Assembly (NCBI GenBank): GCA_963664815.2
Contig: CAXXHB010000003.1
Coordinates: forward strand, 3,488,001-3,552,000
Length of the DNA: 64,000 nt
Source: Spirochaetota bacterium
GTDB taxonomy: Bacteria > Spirochaetota > UBA4802 > UBA5550
Direction: 5' to 3'
Made by a program: the position numbers and the translations under genes. Below, piece after piece: positions 57,943 through 64,000 of this stretch. The notes under the pieces were generated by a model, which worked only from the letters and a program-made list of their open reading frames with translations, searched no databases and was not told the origin of the DNA. Each line of letters opens with the position of its first letter. Position 1 is the first letter of the stretch.

Positions 57943-58380
57943 CTATTTTCTAACCATCATGGAACCGCACTTCGGGCAGGGAATTCCATTACATGGAACT
58001 CCGGCTGCATGAGGAATAACCGTACCGCACTGAAGACATAAACACTCGCCTTTTACTGATGTCCCGGATTTTCTTCCTCCGCCGCCACAATCTTTACCCG
58101 GCCATCCTGATCCGGCACCCATCCCCGGACCTGGACCTCTTCTGCTCCTTGAATCCATGCGATTATTTCCGGAAAATCCATCTCCGGCCCGGGACCCGGA
58201 AAGCTCAATTGAGATAGCCCCTTTTTTGCATTTATCAATACATATACCGCACGCGATACATAATGCAGCATCTACTGCAGCTTTTTTTGTCAGCTCATAC
58301 AGTGTTATCGCACCAACCGGACAGTATTCGATACATCTCCCGCATCCGGTACATATTTCATTATTAATTACAGCCGCCAT
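57943..58380 (-). CDS. 2x[4Fe-4S] ferredoxin fused to a Gly-rich linker and zinc ribbon
   Basis: CTGCGRCIEYCP, CIACGICIDKC; C-terminal CLCLQCG...PC...CPKCG. Confidence 0.85.
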   Translation of the reverse strand: MAAVINNEICTGCGRCIEYCPVGAITLYELTKKAAVDAALCIACGICIDKCKKGAISIELSGSRAGDGFSGNNRMDSRSRRGPGPGMGAGSGWPGKDCGGGGRKSGTSVKGECLCLQCGTVIPHAAGVPCNGIPCPKCGSMMVRK

Positions 58381-58429
58381 TTTATTTATTACCTCAACTT
58401 AGCTGATATTTCAGCTTTATCCAATAGAA

Positions 58430-58825
58430 TTAACCTTTAAGCCAGTTTTTCCCCTCTCCTGATTGTGAAGCATCAAATGTACGTATTATATCATGAGCTC
58501 CAGATAACCTTGCACCTTGAACTATTGACATCTTTGTTATAGTAGAATTTCCGATTAAAGCGATTTTAACACATCCGTTTTCAATGGCTTTTTCCTGATT
58601 CTTTGCTTTTTCGGCATTTACATCCGCAGTGACAACTCGGCACTCACTCACATCTGAAAATATTTTCCACCCGGGCTTTGTAAGTTTTCTGGCATCATCC
58701 CAGTCTTTATGAAAGACAGGAACAACAGACATATCTTTCCAGAAGCCCTTCATTTTCCAGTACACAATATTTTCAGTTTCTTCGTAACTTAACTCATAGT
58801 ATTCATTTTTAGCAATGTTCTTCAT
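58430..58825 (-). CDS. Hypothetical protein (SpoIIAA/STAS-like fold)
   Basis: KGFW...D-x-S...KIA...F...WL pattern; RBS AAGAGG. Confidence 0.6.
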   Translation of the reverse strand: MKNIAKNEYYELSYEETENIVYWKMKGFWKDMSVVPVFHKDWDDARKLTKPGWKIFSDVSECRVVTADVNAEKAKNQEKAIENGCVKIALIGNSTITKMSIVQGARLSGAHDIIRTFDASQSGEGKNWLKG

Positions 58826-59005
58826 TTAAATCCTCTTACCTTTATATTTATAGATACTTTAATGTTTTCTGATGTTTATTTATAAAACAGGAATCAATAA
58901 AATGGAACCAGTTCTTAAAATACTGCACAAAGAACCAGCTCCATTATACGACCTTAAATATTCTGATATTAATCTTTTCTTTCCGGATTCTACCCCGCTT
59001 TCTTA

Positions 59006-59386
59006 TCAGGGATTATCTCTTTTAGCCGAAGATTGAGTCTCAAGATCCTTGATTCTCTCATTTATCGCTGCCAACTCCTTCTGCATAAACTCCGACTGTT
59101 CTTTCATAATCATCAGTTCATGCTCCGCAGAGTATTCAGAACTTGCATAATCTGCCCCTGCATAATTTGCCATCCTGCAATTTCTCAATCCGCGTCCCCT
59201 GAAAATCATATCGGCTGCATAAGACTGATTCCTCCTGCCTCTGCCGCCGCCTCTTCCAAAACCGGAATATCCACAGCCCCGTACCGGATTAACATATCCC
59301 GGTGCGGAGTAGCCTGCGCAAAAACCTGTTCCCCGCCCTGTCATAGGCCCTGCTCCCATTGGTCCTCTTCCATTTCCTGCCGGCAT
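59006..59386 (-). CDS. DUF5320 Gly/Arg-rich protein with C-terminal coiled coil
   Basis: MP-x-G-x-G-x-GPMG-x-GPMTGRG-x-GFC, GRGGGRGRR, E...L-x-x-I-x-x-RI-x-x-L; RBS AAGGAGG. Confidence 0.9.
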   Translation of the reverse strand: MPAGNGRGPMGAGPMTGRGTGFCAGYSAPGYVNPVRGCGYSGFGRGGGRGRRNQSYAADMIFRGRGLRNCRMANYAGADYASSEYSAEHELMIMKEQSEFMQKELAAINERIKDLETQSSAKRDNP

Positions 59387-59408
59387 ATCATGCCTCCTTA
59401 AATTATAG

Positions 59409-59429
59409 TAATGAAAACCATTTTCATTA
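59409..59429. promoter_or_regulatory. Fur-box-like operator upstream of DUF5320
   Basis: TAATGAAAA-CCA-TTTTCATTA, perfect 9-3-9 palindrome. Confidence 0.75.
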
Positions 59430-59444
59430 TATCCGCAAAAAAAA

Positions 59445-59909
59445 TTAACCATGCCCCGATTTACAATTACCACATATCCCGTAAAAACTAACCAGGTGAT
59501 CATTTATCTGAAAATTATATTTCTTTGAAAGAAAATCCTGCGTTTTTCCCAGACAGTTAATCTCTTCATCTATAAAATCCTTATAATCAATAATCTTTTT
59601 GCATTTTACGCAGATAAGATGATGATGATGCCCCTTTCCGCCTGGATTGTTAAGCAGCTCAAACCTTGCGTGTCCGTCACCAAAATCAAATTTCTGAACT
59701 ATCCTCATCTGCTCCAGAAGCTCAAGGGTACGATAAATTGTTGTTAATCCGATTTCCGGACTAAGAGAGTGAGCCAGAATATAAATATCAGACGCGCTCA
59801 GATGCTCCTTCGTTTCATTAAGAATATTCAGAACAACTTCCCTTGAAGCTGTTATTCGAATGCTGCTCTGGTTAAACCTGTCCTGCCACCATGGCCCTTT
59901 ACCACGCAA
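59445..59909 (-). CDS. Fur family transcriptional repressor
   Basis: RIT-x-x-R, H-x-SA, IGLTTIYRTL, ARFE, HHHHLICVKC, FYGICGNC. Confidence 0.95.
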   Translation of the reverse strand: MRGKGPWWQDRFNQSSIRITASREVVLNILNETKEHLSASDIYILAHSLSPEIGLTTIYRTLELLEQMRIVQKFDFGDGHARFELLNNPGGKGHHHHLICVKCKKIIDYKDFIDEEINCLGKTQDFLSKKYNFQINDHLVSFYGICGNCKSGHG

Positions 59910-59934
59910 ATTCTGACCTCCAGCATAATCAATT

Positions 59935-59955
59935 TATTGAAAATGATTTTCATTA
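59935..59955. promoter_or_regulatory. Fur-box-like autoregulatory operator
   Basis: TATTGAAAA-TGA-TTTTCATTA, between a minus-strand TTGACA and the Fur RBS. Confidence 0.75.
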
Positions 59956-59996
59956 TCAATAAATTATCCATAGGTGCTAATGTCAACTAAAAAATT

Positions 59997-60470
59997 TTAA
60001 CCGTAAACATGCTTTCTCTTGAATATATCCATCCGCTTCTGGCAAAGCTGTTCAATTTCCCTCAGGCAATTGCTCATCTCTGCAAAGTGTTCAGATATAT
60101 GCATGTCTGTCTCCAAACAGGTCATCGGCTCAATTATCGCATAGGCCTGAAGAATATATTTTTCCAGTGATAAATCCGTTTCTCGAAGTTCCTCTTCCTC
60201 AGATTGTGATATTTTATCAAAGTTATACTCACCTCCGATGAACCTGTGATCCATCTCCTTTTTCATCCTTTCAGTACGTGTCCTTACCTGAAGCACCCTG
60301 GACATAATTTTTTCCATACCCATCTCTTTTGCTTTTACAAGGCACTCTTCATTTTTCTTAACTATTTTTTCGAATAATGCAGACAGTCTGTTGCGGATAA
60401 TCTCTTCCCCTTCACCAGCCGGGTATTCATTATAACCATTGAAATTATTATACAACATAGATTCGTTCAT
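59997..60470 (-). CDS. Hypothetical all-helical protein under a sigma54 promoter
   Basis: RBS GGAGG; charged helical sequence. Confidence 0.7.
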   Translation of the reverse strand: MNESMLYNNFNGYNEYPAGEGEEIIRNRLSALFEKIVKKNEECLVKAKEMGMEKIMSRVLQVRTRTERMKKEMDHRFIGGEYNFDKISQSEEEELRETDLSLEKYILQAYAIIEPMTCLETDMHISEHFAEMSNCLREIEQLCQKRMDIFKRKHVYG

Positions 60471-60557
60471 ATAAACCTCCGGATATTTTTAAATATTTAT
60501 CATTCAATCCTCGGATATTTGTATTAAAAATTTTTTTCACTCCATAATATAGTAATA

Positions 60558-60573
60558 TGCACTTTCCATTCCA
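60558..60573 (-). promoter_or_regulatory. sigma54 promoter
   Basis: Minus strand TGGAATGGAAAGTGCA (GG-N10-GC). Confidence 0.75.
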
Positions 60574-60732
60574 CCAGTTTAAATAACTGAATACAGGTAT
60601 CGTTAACTGGAGTTTAAATGGTATTTATGTCGATTTCAAATAATTTATCAATATTAATCTGTTTTACAGTGAGGTCAGATATGAGATATAATTTCAGACA
60701 GGTATGTTTTAATAATTTTGGAGTGGAATTTC

Positions 60733-60780
60733 ATTGCATTCTGCAATTGGAATAATAGTAAAAAGATTGCATAATGCAAT
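60733..60780. promoter_or_regulatory. Tandem enhancer (UAS) palindromes ATTGCA-N3-TGCAAT
   Basis: ATTGCATTCTGCAAT (60733) and ATTGCATAATGCAAT (60766), 33 bp apart. Confidence 0.8.
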
Positions 60781-60813
60781 CTTTTACATGTCCAACAGAC
60801 GGCACAGCACGGT

Positions 60814-62124
60814 CTATTCTATATTAAGCTTTTTTATTTTTCTCCACAGAGTTGATGAATCTATACCAAGCTCTTCTGAAGCCTTTGTTTTATTTCCGCT
60901 GTTTTTTTCGAGAGACTTGATAATATAAACTCTCTCCATTTCAGCAAGTGTGAGGTTTTCACTGAAAACTGTTTCAGAATGCCTCAGATGATTGGGGAGA
61001 TTGTTTACCCCGATGTATGCCTCTCTGCACAGAACAAAAGTATGCTCAATAATATTCTCAAGCTCCCTGACATTCCCCGGATAGCTGTAATCCATAAGAA
61101 TATTCATAACCTCATCGGTAACACCCTCAATATTTTTCTCTTTTATAATATTGAATTTTCTTATAAAATGATTAATAAGAAGCGGAATGTCCTCTCTCCT
61201 TGATGCAAGAGTAGGAAGGGTTATATTAATAACGTTAATCCGGTAATAAAGATCCTCTCTGAACCTTCCGTTTTTCACTTCAGTCATAAGATGCTTGTTA
61301 GTAGCCGATATTATTCTTACATCAGACTTCAGAGGCGTTGTCCCGCCTAAAGGCTCATACTCCCTTTCCTGAATAAATCTCAGGAGTTTAGCCTGAATTG
61401 CAGGAGATACCTCACCAATCTCATCAAGGAAAAGAGTACCCCCCTCTGCAAGTGAAACCTTCCCTAGTTTATCCTTTCTTGCATCTGTAAATGCTCCAGC
61501 TTTATATCCAAATAGCTCCGATTCAAGGAGATTGTCAGGTACTGCAGCACAATTTATTGTAACTACAGGTTTTTTACTCCGGTTACTCAGGTGATGAATT
61601 CCCCGTGCAACAAGCTCCTTTCCGGTACCGCTCGGCCCCTCTATAAGAACCGTACTGTCGCTGGTTGCTATATCCGGAAGTATCGTAAAAAGGTCTTTGA
61701 AATATTTACTTTTACTCACTATATCTTCTATGGTATAATTTGATTCGATCTCTTTGCGGAGAACTTCCATATCGGATATGTCTCTGAAAGTTTCCACTCC
61801 CCCTATGATATTTCCATCTTTATTCTTTAGCAGAGCTGTACTGACGGTAATAGGAATTTTATCGCCAAGGGAATTTACAACATAGACAGTTTTATTTATA
61901 ATGTTTCTTCCTGTTGCAAGAGTCTCTTTCAATGCGCATGAGTGTTCACATATACTCGCGTGAAAAACCTCAAAGCAAAGTTTACCGGTGGCATCTCTTT
62001 CATCTATTTTCAGAATTTCAGCAGCTGCCCTGTTTATGGATGTTATTCTGAAATCCATATCGACAGTGAATACACCGTCAGCAATGCTGTTGAGAATAAT
62101 ATTTTTTTCTTCCTGTTCAATCAT
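60814..62124 (-). CDS. PAS-domain sigma54 enhancer-binding protein, OrpR-like
   Basis: PAS with C-x8-C-x3-C (CFEVFHASICEHSC); GPSGTGKE, ESELFG, GAFTDA, YPGNVREL; HTH STLWRK. Confidence 0.92.
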   Translation of the reverse strand: MIEQEEKNIILNSIADGVFTVDMDFRITSINRAAAEILKIDERDATGKLCFEVFHASICEHSCALKETLATGRNIINKTVYVVNSLGDKIPITVSTALLKNKDGNIIGGVETFRDISDMEVLRKEIESNYTIEDIVSKSKYFKDLFTILPDIATSDSTVLIEGPSGTGKELVARGIHHLSNRSKKPVVTINCAAVPDNLLESELFGYKAGAFTDARKDKLGKVSLAEGGTLFLDEIGEVSPAIQAKLLRFIQEREYEPLGGTTPLKSDVRIISATNKHLMTEVKNGRFREDLYYRINVINITLPTLASRREDIPLLINHFIRKFNIIKEKNIEGVTDEVMNILMDYSYPGNVRELENIIEHTFVLCREAYIGVNNLPNHLRHSETVFSENLTLAEMERVYIIKSLEKNSGNKTKASEELGIDSSTLWRKIKKLNIE

Positions 62125-62224
62125 AGGTCATCATAAAATAATTATCATTAAAATGCAATAAGAAACAGATATACGATATTATCGGAAAAATATAACGCCG
62201 GAGAAGGGTTTATCAGTCAAAACT

Positions 62225-62386
62225 TCAATCCTTCCAGTTTACTTCAATCTGAATATCAGGAATTTCCCTTTTAACAATTAAAGCGAGTTTCCGGATCTCC
62301 TCTTTGCAGCAGTCGATATCTTTTGCCTTATCAATCCGGTCCATCAGCTCGTCGCTGAATTCTTTTATTGAAATAATCTTTTTCAT
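62225..62386 (-). CDS. 53-aa small protein with vicinal Cys pair
   Basis: RBS GGAGG; MKKIISIKEFSDELMDRIDKAKDIDCCKEEIRKLALIVKREIPDIQIEVNWKD; below the ORF track cutoff. Confidence 0.7.
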   Translation of the reverse strand: MKKIISIKEFSDELMDRIDKAKDIDCCKEEIRKLALIVKREIPDIQIEVNWKD

Positions 62387-62514
62387 CGGAAACCTCCATT
62401 TATTTTAAATAATCTGATATTAATATATTTAATATTTCCAATCAACCTATAATCTGTTAAACTTTAAATATACTTATATATTACCAACTTCATCGAAGAC
62501 ATATGCCCCGGTTA

Positions 62515-63807
62515 CTACGACATCCCCTCCAGTTCTCTTCCGGCGGTAATTGCCGCGATTGTCCCATCGGATACAGATGTTGTTATCTGCCTGTAAGATT
62601 TGTTGATTACATCACCGGCGGCAAATATTCCCGGAATGTTCGTCCTCATATGCTGATCGGTAATTATATACCCCTGATCATCAGCTTCCAGTTTGCCGCT
62701 GAAAAGCCCTGTGTTAGGCCTCATTCCTGCGAAAATAAATACTCCATCCGCGCGGATTTCACGTCGCGAACTGTTTTTTAAATTTTCTATTTCAATCAGC
62801 ATCGATCCGTCAGGCTCCCTTTTAAAAGATCTCGGTTCATGCTCAAATATAAAATCAATTTTATTATTTGAAATTGCTTTTTCCTGTGCCACTTTGTTCG
62901 CCTGAAGTTTATCAAGCTGATGAATTATTGTGACTCTGTCAGCATATTTCGTTATAAACAGTGATTCTTCGACAGCGGAGTTCCCTCCGCCTATTACAAC
63001 AACATGTTTTCCTCCGTAATACTTGGCGTCGCAGGTGGCACAATAGGATATTCCCCTACCCTTATACTCCCTCTCCCCGTCTATCCCAAGCTCCCTGTAT
63101 GTTGAACCTGTTGACAAAATAATCTTCTTCGCTCTGACAGTTTCATATCCATCTACAAGGATCTTTTTTTTAACAAGGTCAACATCCGATACATCAACTG
63201 CAGATCTGAAAACAACGCCGGCTTCTTTTGCCTGTTCATTCATAAAATGAGTAAGCATAAAGCCTTCAACAGGCTTGATAAACCCCGGGTAGTTTGACAC
63301 CATATGCGTTGTTGAAACCTGCCCGCCGGGAAGAGATATATCTACAAGTATTGTGTCAAGCATTGCCTGTGCGGAATATATTCCCGCAGTTAATCCGGCA
63401 GGACCACCGCCAAGTATCAAGACATCACATTCTGTATCAACAGGCTTGATTTTACCTCTGAGTTCTGCTGATTTTTCCTTCGTGAGCATAGATTCAATGT
63501 TTGCGACCAGTTCACTTCTTTTAATCCCGCCGCTGAGCCTCACACCGGTCTCTTTGCCTTTATAAAAGAATAATACAGTAGGAGATGAGGTTACCCCCAT
63601 TTTTTCAGCAAGTGCCCTGTTCTCCTGACGGAATATTTTCAGAAATTTAACGTCATCTCCATAAATCTCACTCAGTGGTTCAAACTTAGCAGCGAGGGCC
63701 TCACAGGGAGGACATTCGGTTGAATAAAAATCAAGAGCAACAGCGCCTCCCCCCAGAACCTCTTGTTCAAAATCCGCCGCGCTTATATATTTAATTTTAT
63801 TATTCAT
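62515..63807 (-). CDS. Thioredoxin-thioredoxin reductase fusion
   Basis: N-terminal Trx ECPPC; GGGPAGL, SYCATCD, GGGNSA, FAAGD. Confidence 0.92.
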   Translation of the reverse strand: MNNKIKYISAADFEQEVLGGGAVALDFYSTECPPCEALAAKFEPLSEIYGDDVKFLKIFRQENRALAEKMGVTSSPTVLFFYKGKETGVRLSGGIKRSELVANIESMLTKEKSAELRGKIKPVDTECDVLILGGGPAGLTAGIYSAQAMLDTILVDISLPGGQVSTTHMVSNYPGFIKPVEGFMLTHFMNEQAKEAGVVFRSAVDVSDVDLVKKKILVDGYETVRAKKIILSTGSTYRELGIDGEREYKGRGISYCATCDAKYYGGKHVVVIGGGNSAVEESLFITKYADRVTIIHQLDKLQANKVAQEKAISNNKIDFIFEHEPRSFKREPDGSMLIEIENLKNSSRREIRADGVFIFAGMRPNTGLFSGKLEADDQGYIITDQHMRTNIPGIFAAGDVINKSYRQITTSVSDGTIAAITAGRELEGMS

Positions 63808-64000
63808 TGATTTACTCCTTTATTGAAATATAACGATAATCCCATCTCAAGCAGGGACTTCACAGGCCTGCAGTCAGATGAGAGTATTTTACCCGTTTTA
63901 TTCTTGGCCACAGCACCGCATCCTCCGCCGCACAAGAGCTGTGACTCACATTCCCTGCATTCAGGTATGCATGTCACATCACGCTGCTGCCACGTACTGA
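63804..64000 (-). CDS. Radical SAM/SPASM-domain protein, C-terminal part only
   Basis: Hand translation W-x-x-RDV...CRECESQLLCGGGC...DC (Cx2Cx5Cx3C...C); TGA overlaps the trx ATG. Confidence 0.8.
   Translation of the reverse strand, partial: STWQQRDVTCIPECRECESQLLCGGGCGAVAKNKTGKILSSDCRPVKSLLEMGLSLYFNKGVNQ

Overview
Bacterial chromosomal window, AT-rich. It probably comes from a motile, diderm anaerobe; the motAB, PilZ and TPR genes look spirochaete-like, but that is inference. There are three blocks. (1) 1-13.4 kb is a minus-strand operon: TonB-dependent receptor, FecCD-type ABC importer, ABC-2 exporter, cobN, chlI/chlD and tonB. The chlI and chlD frames are joined by a -1 frameshift at an A10 run. 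Just upstream is a small basic HMG-box-like gene fused to a degenerate repeat tract with ~10.5-11 bp phasing. (2) 14.5-40.6 kb holds ion, osmotic-stress, envelope and motility genes: a degenerate 5'-nucleotidase with a putative beta-barrel, ClC, an MscS relic, NhaP, an IS701-like element, a sigma54-driven OmpA/MotB lipoprotein with a two-component system and GHL10, TPS/TPP, treS, PilZ, motAB, an antiporter and Usp. (3) 40.7-64 kb is a 23-kb, all-minus-strand metallocluster/redox region resembling an expanded Desulfovibrio orp (orange protein) system. It has three NifB/NifX proteins, two ferredoxin-MinD ATPases, Mrp, three radical SAMs (one cut by the window edge), DUF134, DUF364, DUF89, DUF5320, a CoADR-rhodanese, Fur, an OrpR-like PAS sigma54 activator and a Trx-TrxR fusion. 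Two sigma54 promoters with near-identical enhancer geometry and two Fur boxes are readable directly. I saw no rRNA, tRNA, CRISPR array or riboswitch. All product calls come from motif recognition by eye; no database searches were run.
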